From positions 1,749 to 65,748 of the forward strand of contig VFYY01000002.1 in NCBI GenBank assembly GCA_016871375.1: a DNA stretch of 64,000 nucleotides, written 5' to 3'. The notes under the pieces were generated by a model. It worked only from the letters and a program-made list of their open reading frames with translations. It was not told where the DNA came from and made no database searches. Source of the stretch: Acidimicrobiia bacterium. Lineage in GTDB: Bacteria > Acidobacteriota > Vicinamibacteria > Vicinamibacterales > UBA2999. The position numbers were made by a program, and so were the translations under genes. Of this stretch, positions 37,878 through 45,464 are shown piece after piece. Within the stretch, counting starts at the first letter, position 1. Each line of letters starts with the position of its first letter.

Positions 37878-39617
37878 CGGCAGCGCAAACACATACAGCG
37901 TATTGCCCGCGGACGGACGAATCTCCGGCGTGAGGCGATTGGTGCCGCCGGTGGCCAGTGACGTCCCGGTACTCACCGCCACATACTGCTTCCCGCCGAC
38001 CGCGTAGGTGACTGGATAGCCGGTCACCGCCGATCCGAGATTGACCTCCCACAGCACCTTGCCGGTGTTCTGATCGAAGGCGCGGAAGCGTCCGCTGACG
38101 TCGCCGCCGAAGAGCAGCCCGCCGCCGGTCGCGACCAGCGACGTCGTGCCCGCGCGCTGCTCGTACTTCCACGCCGTGGTGCCCTTGTCCACCGAGATCG
38201 CGTGGATCGCGCCGACCTTGTCGGTGCCCGGCGCAATCTGCGCGCTGGTGCGGATGGCGTAGAGCGAGTCGAGGCTCGGCTTCTCGGCGATGGCCGAGAG
38301 CTGCATGCAGCTGTTCTGCAGCGGGAAGTACATCGTGTTGGTCAGCGGGCTGTAGGCGCCCGCCTGCCAGTTCTTGCCGCCGTTGGTGCTCGGGCACACG
38401 AGCATCGAGTCGCCCGGCTTGTGCAGGATCATCGCCGGGTTGACCGTCGCGGCCCCCGTCGCGCCGTCGATCGAGGCGACGACGGTCTGGTGGATCGTGG
38501 GACGGGCCCACAGGAACTCGCCGGTGACGCGGTCGAGGGTGTAGACCACGCCGGTCTTGCCGGGGATGCCGGTGAGCACGCGGCGTCGCTCGCCGGGCTT
38601 CACCCGCGGGTTGATCCAGCTCACGTCACTGGCCGCGGGCGCGACGACGGTGTCCACGAGCAGGCGCTCGAAGGGGTGATCGAGGTCCCAGTGGTCGACG
38701 ATGTGCTGGTAGTACCACACGATCCTGCCGGTATCGGCGTTCAGCGCGAGCGTCGAGTTGTGATAGAGGTGCTGCTTCTCGTTGCCGCCCAGCATGTACT
38801 TCGGCGCCGGCGACGACACCGACGTGCCGATGTAGATCAGGTTCAGCTCCGGGTCGTAGCTCGGCACCATCCAGGTGCCCACGTGCCACCGGCCGTCGTC
38901 AGGGACGTTGCCCCAGCTCTCGCTCCCCGGCTCGCCGGGGCGCGGAATCGTGCGCGTCCGCCACAGCTCCTTGCCGGTCTTCGCGTCGTGCGCGGTGATG
39001 ATGCACGCGTCGGGGCCGCCCTCGGGCTCGCAGCCGCGGCCGGAGACGATCTTGCCGTTGGCGATGATCGGCCCCGAGGTCTGCTGCGCGCCCCGCTTGT
39101 AGTCGAGGATCTTCGTCTCCCAGGTGAGCGTGCCGGTCTGCGCGTCGAGCGCGATGACGTAGTCGTCGGCGCTGTTGTCGATGATCGTGTTGCCGTAGAT
39201 GGCGAGGTTGCGGTTGATCGAGGGGAACGGAATGAACGTGTTCAGGTCCTCGGGCAGCTCGCGCCGGTACTCCCACAGGAGGTCGCCGCTGCGCGCATCG
39301 AGCGCCTGGATCAGGTCCAGCGGGTTGGGGAAGTACATCACGCCGTTGTAGACCAGCGGCGTCCCTTCCTGCACGCCGGGGCCGAGGCCGCGCGACCACG
39401 CCAGCGCCAGCCCGCGCACGTTGTTGCGGGTGATCTGGTCGAGCGGGCTGTAGCCCCACGAGTCCAGCGTCCGCCGCCACATGAGCCAGTCGCCCGGCGC
39501 GGGCTTCTGCAGCATGGCGTCGGTGACCGGGACATACGGACGCGTCTGCGCGGCGGGATGGCTTCCGGCGGCCAGCGCGGTCGCGAGCAGGGCGGCGGCG
39601 AACAGGGACTGTCTCAT
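37875..39617 (-). CDS. PQQ-dependent dehydrogenase, methanol/ethanol family, secreted; D-x-D signature
   Basis: Signal peptide MRQSLFAAALLATALAAG. WLMWRRTLDSWGYSPLDQITRNNVRGLALAW. Eight-bladed propeller W-motifs. HWDLDHP. Confidence 0.85.
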   Translation of the reverse strand: MRQSLFAAALLATALAAGSHPAAQTRPYVPVTDAMLQKPAPGDWLMWRRTLDSWGYSPLDQITRNNVRGLALAWSRGLGPGVQEGTPLVYNGVMYFPNPLDLIQALDARSGDLLWEYRRELPEDLNTFIPFPSINRNLAIYGNTIIDNSADDYVIALDAQTGTLTWETKILDYKRGAQQTSGPIIANGKIVSGRGCEPEGGPDACIITAHDAKTGKELWRTRTIPRPGEPGSESWGNVPDDGRWHVGTWMVPSYDPELNLIYIGTSVSSPAPKYMLGGNEKQHLYHNSTLALNADTGRIVWYYQHIVDHWDLDHPFERLLVDTVVAPAASDVSWINPRVKPGERRRVLTGIPGKTGVVYTLDRVTGEFLWARPTIHQTVVASIDGATGAATVNPAMILHKPGDSMLVCPSTNGGKNWQAGAYSPLTNTMYFPLQNSCMQLSAIAEKPSLDSLYAIRTSAQIAPGTDKVGAIHAISVDKGTTAWKYEQRAGTTSLVATGGGLLFGGDVSGRFRAFDQNTGKVLWEVNLGSAVTGYPVTYAVGGKQYVAVSTGTSLATGGTNRLTPEIRPSAGNTLYVFALP

Positions 39618-39645
39618 GGGGTGCTATATTCGCACACTAAGGGCA

Positions 39646-39679
39646 AAGGACGAGGGCCCAAGGACGAGGGCCCAAGGAC
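39646..39679 (+). repeat. 14-bp tandem repeat (AAGGACGAGGGCCC x2.4) abutting the tdk start
   Basis: Read directly. The last partial unit AAGGAC ends 3 nt before the tdk ATG (39683) and supplies an AAGGA Shine-Dalgarno. Confidence 0.85.
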
Positions 39680-39682
39680 TCT

Positions 39683-40300
39683 ATGGAAGTCGTCAGACAC
39701 GCGGTCAATCAGGGCTGGATCGAAGTCATCGTCGGCAGCATGTTCAGCGGCAAGAGCGAGGAGCTCATCCGCCGCCTGCGGCGCGCGCAGATTGCGCGGC
39801 AGAAGGTCCAGATCTTCAAGCCGGCGCTGGACACGCGCTACGCGGACGATCAGATCGTCTCGCACAGCGAGATGCGCATCGACTCGCGCCCGGTCGCCAG
39901 CTCGCGGGCGCTCCTCGATTTGGTGGAGCCCGACACGGAGGTCGTCGGCATCGACGAAGGGCAGTTCTTCGACCCGGAGCTGCCGATGATCTGCAACACG
40001 CTCGCCGACCAGGGCAAGCGCGTCATCGTCGCCGGCCTCGATCAGGACTACCTCGGCAAGCCGTTCGAGCCGATGCCGCAGCTGCTCGCGATTGCGGAGT
40101 ACATCACCAAGACGCTCGCGATCTGCATGGTGTGCGGCAACCCCGCGAATCACACCCAGCGCCTCGTCGCCAGCGACGACCGGGTGCTCATCGGCGCGAC
40201 GGGCAAGTACGAGGCGCGCTGCCGGCGGTGCTTCGATCCCCGCCTGGCGGAAAACCCCAAATCCCAAACCCCCAAACCCAACTCACACGCCGAAGTCTGA
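39683..40300 (+). CDS. tdk: Thymidine kinase
   Basis: P-loop [23 protein letters not shown], and the zinc-ribbon Cys pairs CMVCG..CRRC of type II TK. Confidence 0.9.
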   Translation: MEVVRHAVNQGWIEVIVGSMFSGKSEELIRRLRRAQIARQKVQIFKPALDTRYADDQIVSHSEMRIDSRPVASSRALLDLVEPDTEVVGIDEGQFFDPELPMICNTLADQGKRVIVAGLDQDYLGKPFEPMPQLLAIAEYITKTLAICMVCGNPANHTQRLVASDDRVLIGATGKYEARCRRCFDPRLAENPKSQTPKPNSHAEV

Positions 40301-40849
40301 TTGGGATCTCGAATCCTCTTCCTCTTCGGCATCGGCTTCCTCGTCGCGAACGCCAAGGTCATCACCGACCTGCTCCGCTTCCGCCGGCGGAAGCGCGCCG
40401 CGCTCCTGATCTGGCAGAACCCGAAGCCGCGCTACTACGGGTTCACGCTCGCGCTGGGCGTGGTGCTCGGGCTGCTCGTCGCGTTCAAGATGTTCTACCA
40501 GCGCCGCCCGCCGACCCAGATGTTCGGCGAGCTGATGATGTTCGTCTACTACGGCTACGCGCTGCCGCTCAGCACCCGCATCGCGCGGGGGTTCTACGAG
40601 GACGGCGTGTGGTCGGACGGCGGGTTCATGCGCTGGGGGCAGATCTCGGCCGTCTCCTGGAAGGAAGAGGGGAGCGTCACGCTCATCCTGATTTCCCATT
40701 TCCGCAACATTGCCAGGCGGTTGCAGGTGCCGGGACCGCTCTACGGGCAGGCCCGGCGGGTGCTGCGGGACAAGGTGAAAGCCCACGACATCCACATCGG
40801 CGGATCCGGCCTCGACCTCGGCAGCCGGGACGATCAGGATGCAGTCTGA
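40301..40849 (+). CDS. Membrane protein with C-terminal PH-like/DUF domain (unknown function)
   Basis: TTG start immediately after the tdk stop. Three hydrophobic helices. The C-terminal soluble segment GFYEDGVWSDGGFMRWGQISAVSWKEEGSVTLIL resembles bacterial PH-like domains. Confidence 0.55.
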   Translation: MGSRILFLFGIGFLVANAKVITDLLRFRRRKRAALLIWQNPKPRYYGFTLALGVVLGLLVAFKMFYQRRPPTQMFGELMMFVYYGYALPLSTRIARGFYEDGVWSDGGFMRWGQISAVSWKEEGSVTLILISHFRNIARRLQVPGPLYGQARRVLRDKVKAHDIHIGGSGLDLGSRDDQDAV

Positions 40850-40876
40850 GGGCGTCTGCACCGATAATTCCCCCGT

Positions 40877-41740
40877 ATGCCTCCGCGACCGACCTGGAAG
40901 GGCTTCCTCAAAGTCAGCCTGGTGAACATCCCGGTGAAGGTGTTCCCGGCGACTGAATCGGCGGCGACGCTGTCGTTCAACCAGCTCCACGCCGAGTGCC
41001 AGACCCGCATCCAGCAGAAGCGCTGGTGCCCGACCTGCGAGCGCGAGGTCGCCAACACCGAGCTCGCCAAGGGCTACGAGTTCGAGAAGGGCCGCTACGT
41101 CATCGTCAGCGACGAGGACATCCAGAAGGTGCGCGTCGAGTCCACGCGCGTCATCAACCTGGTGCAGTTTGCCGACGACACGGAGATCGATCCGATCTAC
41201 GTGGACCGCGCCTATTACCTGGCGCCCGACGGCCCGATGGCCGCAGAGGCGTTCGCGGTGATGCGGGAAGGGATGGCGGGGAAGGCCGGCATCGGCAAGG
41301 TCGCGCTCTACGGCCGCGAGTACCTCGTCGCCATTCGCCCGCAGAAGAAGGGGCTCGTGATGTACACGCTGCATCACGACGCGGAGATCCGCAGCATCGA
41401 CCAGATCGAGGAGCTGAACTCGGTGCCCTCGAAGGTGAAGCCGGAGGAGATGAAGCTGGCGAAGCAGGTCATCTCGACCTTCGACGCCGAGCTGAACCTG
41501 AAGGACTACAAGGACGAATACACCGAGGGCCTGCGCCAGATCATCGACGCGAAGATCGCGGGCGAGGAGTACGTGGCGCCGGCGGTGGAAGAGCCGTCGA
41601 AGGTCGTGGACCTGATGGAGGCGCTGCGGCGCAGCCTCGACTCGGTCAGCACCGAGAAGAAGAAGCCCGCGAAGGCAGCCCTGGCCAAGCCGGCCAGGGC
41701 CAGGGCCGCCAACGGGGCCAGAAAGCGCAAGGCCGGGTAG
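40877..41740 (+). CDS. ku: Ku protein (bacterial NHEJ DNA-end-binding protein)
   Basis: WKGFLKVSLVNIPVKVFPAT..KGYEFEKGRYVIVSDEDI..IDRAYYLAPDG..ALYGREYLVAIRP is the diagnostic Ku core. Lys-rich C-terminal tail. Confidence 0.9.
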   Translation: MPPRPTWKGFLKVSLVNIPVKVFPATESAATLSFNQLHAECQTRIQQKRWCPTCEREVANTELAKGYEFEKGRYVIVSDEDIQKVRVESTRVINLVQFADDTEIDPIYVDRAYYLAPDGPMAAEAFAVMREGMAGKAGIGKVALYGREYLVAIRPQKKGLVMYTLHHDAEIRSIDQIEELNSVPSKVKPEEMKLAKQVISTFDAELNLKDYKDEYTEGLRQIIDAKIAGEEYVAPAVEEPSKVVDLMEALRRSLDSVSTEKKKPAKAALAKPARARAANGARKRKAG

Positions 41741-42469
41741 CTACGTCTTCGCGACCTGCGCTACCGCGCCGAGCACCTGCTTCCACGCGCGACGGCTCTT
41801 CTCGACGGCCCCCGCGTCGAGCAGCTTCATGTGCGTCACGACGAACGACACCTTGCTGCCCGGCTTCGGCTGCAGGTAGAACTGCACGGTCGTGGCGCCC
41901 CACTTGAAGCGGAATCGTCCGAGCCCGTCCGGCCGCACGACGAAGCCCTTTGAGCGTTTGTCTTTGACCGCTGCCGTCAACGCGGCGGCGAGGTCCGGAT
42001 CGACGCCCTCGATCCACTGCTTCCGCACCGGCGCGCTCGTGAACGCCTTGATCACCGTCGTGACCGTGCCGGGCAGCACCTTCGACACCGAGACCTCGAA
42101 CTCACCGTCGCAGCGCTGATTCACCACGCGCACGCCACGCGCGCGCTCGTAGGCGGTGGTGATGCCCTGCGCGTGCCACCCGGGCACGTGATGGTCGTCG
42201 TAGAGATGCCGGGCGAGTGCGGTGTGGCCTTTCGCGGGTCCGCCGAAGCGATCGAGCACGACGAACCAGTGGTCGAGGCCGTGGCCGGTCTTCTCGACGA
42301 TCTTCGCATCCGAGATCGGGCTTCGTCTGTCGCTGGGGACTGCCGGCGGCCTGGGCGGCGTGGGAACGGCCATCGCCGCGAGCACGTGGCGGCGGGCGGT
42401 CGTGTAGCGCTCGCCGGTTTTCGCGGCGCGGGCGCGGATGATTTTCTTGAGGGCGCGTTCGCGGGTCAT
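41741..42469 (-). CDS. DUF4287-like N-terminal domain fused to SRPBCC/AHSA1-like domain protein
   Basis: Start at the internal ATG (MTRERALKK). KTGHGLDHWFVVLDRFGGPAKGHTALARHLYDDHHVPGWHAQGITTAY recalls DUF4287. The C-terminal half has an SRPBCC-like pattern. Its stop abuts the ku stop with 0 nt spacing. Confidence 0.62.
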   Translation of the reverse strand: MTRERALKKIIRARAAKTGERYTTARRHVLAAMAVPTPPRPPAVPSDRRSPISDAKIVEKTGHGLDHWFVVLDRFGGPAKGHTALARHLYDDHHVPGWHAQGITTAYERARGVRVVNQRCDGEFEVSVSKVLPGTVTTVIKAFTSAPVRKQWIEGVDPDLAAALTAAVKDKRSKGFVVRPDGLGRFRFKWGATTVQFYLQPKPGSKVSFVVTHMKLLDAGAVEKSRRAWKQVLGAVAQVAKT

Positions 42470-42715
42470 GACTGGTCCTTCATCTGGCCACACGACCTCC
42501 AGCCCCCGCCTGAAGCCGCATGACCGAGAAGAACCACGTCCATAGCCCGGGGCGTGACCCCTTTGCCTCGATTGCAGCCCCGCGGGGGGAGGCCGTCTCG
42601 AGGTGAGGCGCCAGGCCAGCGCCGACGGCAATCTTATAACGAGAGGCGCTTGCGTTCCTGCAGAATCAGGGTGTACTCGGCCGCCCGCCCTTGCAGGGAC
42701 TCGGGGGCCCCCGTA

Positions 42716-42864
42716 CCCGTGCTCGACGGCACACGAATCGCACTCGACATCCGCGACCAGCAGTCGAGAATCGAACCTACGATATCTCCGCGGACGGGAA
42801 ACGATTCCTGATGATCAAGGACGCGGCATGCAACGCGGACGGTGCGGCGGGTCCGAATTCCTAA
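42716..42864 (+). pseudogene. Fragment of a PD40/TolB-like beta-propeller C-terminus (frameshifted)
   Basis: Two frames read PVLDGTRIALDIRDQQSRI and ISADGKRFLMIKDAACNADGAAGPNS*, resembling the last blades of kinase-PD40 proteins. No start codon and no N-terminal part. Confidence 0.35.
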
Positions 42865-42965
42865 TTGCGCGATCGCCCAAGCCGCCGGCGTTCCGCGAGG
42901 TTCGCCGCGAAGGCCAGGACCGCCACTGGCGCCAGGAAGAGGAAGGTCTCCTGATCGCGAGATCG

Positions 42966-43388
42966 CTACGACGGCTCCCAGGGGTTGACCACGGGGACGG
43001 CGAGATCCTCGAAGTGGCGCGTGTTGCGCGTCGCCAGCGTGGCTCGGTGGGCGAGGACAATGCCCGCGAGCAGCGTATCCCGGAGATCGCCTGGCTTGCC
43101 CTTCCGATGGCGGACGGCCATCAGCGTGGCGGCCTCGTGCGCCGCGGCGAGATCGAACGGCACGATCCGCTCGTCGATTTTCTCCCGCAGCACCGTGTCG
43201 AACGCCCGCAGCAGCGCGGCCCGGCGTGTGCCGGCCGGCAGAATCTGCAGTCCGTACCTGACCTCGAGCACGGTCACCGCCGTCGTCCAGATGGACGTGC
43301 GAGGCTGCCCGTCGAGCCACGAGACGACGTCACGATCCTGGGCCTGGCGCATGAGCGCCGACAACACATTGGTATCGAGGATGATCAC
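42966..43388 (-). CDS. vapC: PIN-domain toxin VapC
   Basis: GTG start with a GTGA overlap onto vapB. VIILDTNVLSAL..(D)..TVLEV..ATRNTRHFEDL carries the acidic PIN residues. Confidence 0.85.
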   Translation of the reverse strand: MIILDTNVLSALMRQAQDRDVVSWLDGQPRTSIWTTAVTVLEVRYGLQILPAGTRRAALLRAFDTVLREKIDERIVPFDLAAAHEAATLMAVRHRKGKPGDLRDTLLAGIVLAHRATLATRNTRHFEDLAVPVVNPWEPS

Positions 43389-43633
43389 GGCTCGAACGAG
43401 GCGGGGTCGACGCGATGCCCGCGCAGTTCCCGAATGTCGTCGTCGAGGCCGGCCCTGGCGAACAGCGCGGCAATCTCGCTGCCGAGCCCGCCCCCGGCAT
43501 CGTGATCCCTGCGCACCGCGTTCCGCAGGATTTCCCGGGCTTCCTCCTCCATGCTCCGGCCGTGGCGGCGCGCCCGCCGCTGCAGGCGCGCCTTGACCGC
43601 GTGCTCGAGATTCCTGACCACGAACTGCGCCAT
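43385..43633 (-). CDS. vapB: VapB antitoxin (ribbon-helix-helix, FitA/Arc-like)
   Basis: MAQFVVRNLEHAVKARLQRRARRHGRSMEEEAREILRNAV is a classical RHH N-terminus. 4-nt overlap with vapC. Confidence 0.78.
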   Translation of the reverse strand: MAQFVVRNLEHAVKARLQRRARRHGRSMEEEAREILRNAVRRDHDAGGGLGSEIAALFARAGLDDDIRELRGHRVDPASFEP

Positions 43634-43713
43634 GCCGGCCTCCGGGCGCGATGATATCATGATATCTCAGCGGGGTGGCTGCGGCTCCATAATCCGACCG
43701 GCTCACGGAATCC

Positions 43714-43858
43714 ATGCCGCTCGTGGTCGGTACCCGCATCGGTCCATACGACATCACCGGAACTCCTGGTGCCCGCCGACACGCCAAGGGCGGCCCCATG
43801 GATCGTGCTGATGGAGAACTGGACGGACGAACTGCGACGCCTCGTGCCAGTGGATTGA
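43714..43858 (+). pseudogene. Collapsed Ser/Thr-kinase-PD40 remnant (N-terminal ~25 aa fused out of frame to last ~19 aa)
   Basis: MPLVVGTRIGPYDITG.. resembles the start of a kinase domain just before the glycine loop. One frame over, WIVLMENWTDELRRLVPVD* resembles the conserved C-terminal tail of the same protein class. Confidence 0.35.
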
Positions 43859-43901
43859 CACCTTCGTGTCCTTCGTGGCGATCGGCTTCGTGTAGTCGTG
43901 G

Positions 43902-44654
43902 TTACCGTGATTGCAGCCGCCGGCGTTCCGCGAGGATCAGGCTGTACTCGGCGGCGCGCTTCCACACGCGGTTCGCCATGCCCGTGAGCTGGACGGCCTT
44001 GAGGCCGTAGTAGAGGAACGCCGCGCCGAGCAGCCCCACCAGGAGGTACCGCAGCGCGGTGACGCCGCTCGCGCCAATCACATCCAGCGATCCAAGCGCC
44101 AGGAACGTGAGCACGCCTGCTGCCGCGAGGACCGGGCCGGTCACGGTCCGCACGCCCCACGACGCGACGCGCGACTCTTTCTCCATCAGCGTCCCGACCG
44201 TCGTCAGGCGATCGACCGCCGCCTTGACCTTCTCGATGTTCTCGTCGAGCAGCACGGCGCGCAGCGCCACCTGCGCGCGGCACGCCTCGGCGACCCGCCG
44301 CTCGCCGCGCCAGCCGGACGGCCCTTTCACGGCCACGCGGTAGCCGGGCAGACGCTCCGCAAGCATCGCCAGCAGCCGTGCGCGTGATTCAGGCGAGTGC
44401 TCCTGCCACGTGGACACCGTGTCCACCTCGATCCGCCGCTCGTCGGGAATGAGCGTGAGCTCGTGGAGGTCACCGGTCGCGCGCTCCTGCAGGTAGGCGG
44501 CCGCATGCGGCGCCACGCGCTGGTGCAGCATCGCCTCATGGTCGAGGCACGGGATGATCGGGACCGCCGGGGCCGGATCGAGCGTCAGACGATAGAGCTT
44601 GACGGCCAGCACGCGCCCGAAGCTGTCGAGCGCGTCTAGTTCAGCCAGCCCCAC
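43902..44654 (-). CDS. Hypothetical protein: ~170-aa soluble N-domain + 2 TM helices + basic amphipathic tail
   Basis: The start (GTG 44654) is uncertain. TM helices GPVLAAAGVLTFLALGSL and YLLVGLLGAAFLYYGL. Tail RVWKRAAEYSLILAERRRLQSR. I do not recognise a family. Confidence 0.5.
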   Translation of the reverse strand: MGLAELDALDSFGRVLAVKLYRLTLDPAPAVPIIPCLDHEAMLHQRVAPHAAAYLQERATGDLHELTLIPDERRIEVDTVSTWQEHSPESRARLLAMLAERLPGYRVAVKGPSGWRGERRVAEACRAQVALRAVLLDENIEKVKAAVDRLTTVGTLMEKESRVASWGVRTVTGPVLAAAGVLTFLALGSLDVIGASGVTALRYLLVGLLGAAFLYYGLKAVQLTGMANRVWKRAAEYSLILAERRRLQSR

Positions 44655-45406
44655 AGTCCGATTCCAGACGCCGTGGGGTCGCGCAGCCAGTCGGGCGGCG
44701 TCAGCCACGTGAACGCCAGGATGGCGATCACCCAGACGTCGTAGTACAGCGTGGCGCGCTCGTCGCGCCAGAAGAAGGCGTGCACGAAGACGCGGCTGAT
44801 CGGATTGCCGCCGGTCGGCATCGGCTTGCCGTTCAGCGCCAGATACGTGTAGTGGATGCGGTTGGCGACGGTCACGATCGACAGCACGAGGATGACCCAC
44901 AGCACCGCCGCCATCCGGTCCGTGAACGCGCCGATCATGAAGAGGACGATGCGCTCGGGGCGCTCCATGAAGCCGACCTTGCACTTGTCGATGAGCGACT
45001 CGGCGCGGGCCCGCGCGTAGCTCGTCATGATCGAGAACATCATGGCCAGCGCGGCGATCATCACGTAGTCGGTGCGCCGCAGGTCGGCGTACAGGTAGAT
45101 GAGCCCGAGGAAGAGCGCGATGTCCGAGAAACGGTCGAGCGTCGAGTCCCAGAAGGCGCCGAAGCGCGAGACGGTGTTGGTCAGGTGCGCGACCTTGCCG
45201 TCGATGAAGTCGAAGATGTTGGCGACGATCATGATCACGCCGGCGAGGAGGAACCGGTCCATGCCCAGCGCCCAGGCGGCCGCGACGTTGATCAGCACCC
45301 CGATCAGCGTCAGCGTGTTCGGGTGGACGCCCAGCGCCACGCTCGCGGCAATGATCGCGCGCAGCGGGAACATGCAAACGGTTCCCACCAGGCCCGTCAA
45401 GGTCAT
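44636..45406 (-). CDS. CDP-alcohol phosphatidyltransferase (PgsA-like)
   Basis: DFIDGKVAHLTNTVSRFGAFWDSTLDRFSD motif with 6 TM helices. Start is uncertain; ATGs at 45406, 45454 and 45472 are all possible. Confidence 0.78.
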   Translation of the reverse strand: MTLTGLVGTVCMFPLRAIIAASVALGVHPNTLTLIGVLINVAAAWALGMDRFLLAGVIMIVANIFDFIDGKVAHLTNTVSRFGAFWDSTLDRFSDIALFLGLIYLYADLRRTDYVMIAALAMMFSIMTSYARARAESLIDKCKVGFMERPERIVLFMIGAFTDRMAAVLWVILVLSIVTVANRIHYTYLALNGKPMPTGGNPISRVFVHAFFWRDERATLYYDVWVIAILAFTWLTPPDWLRDPTASGIGLWGWLN

Positions 45407-45464
45407 TCGTTTGTTATAATTAGGGGTTTCGGCAGTTGCGGTCAGAGGCGTCATAGTAACACCA

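Noticed and set aside
40877-41740. Complete NHEJ locus (ku plus ligD)
   Set aside because: No ATP-dependent ligase, polymerase/primase or phosphoesterase domain is encoded anywhere in the window. Only Ku is present.
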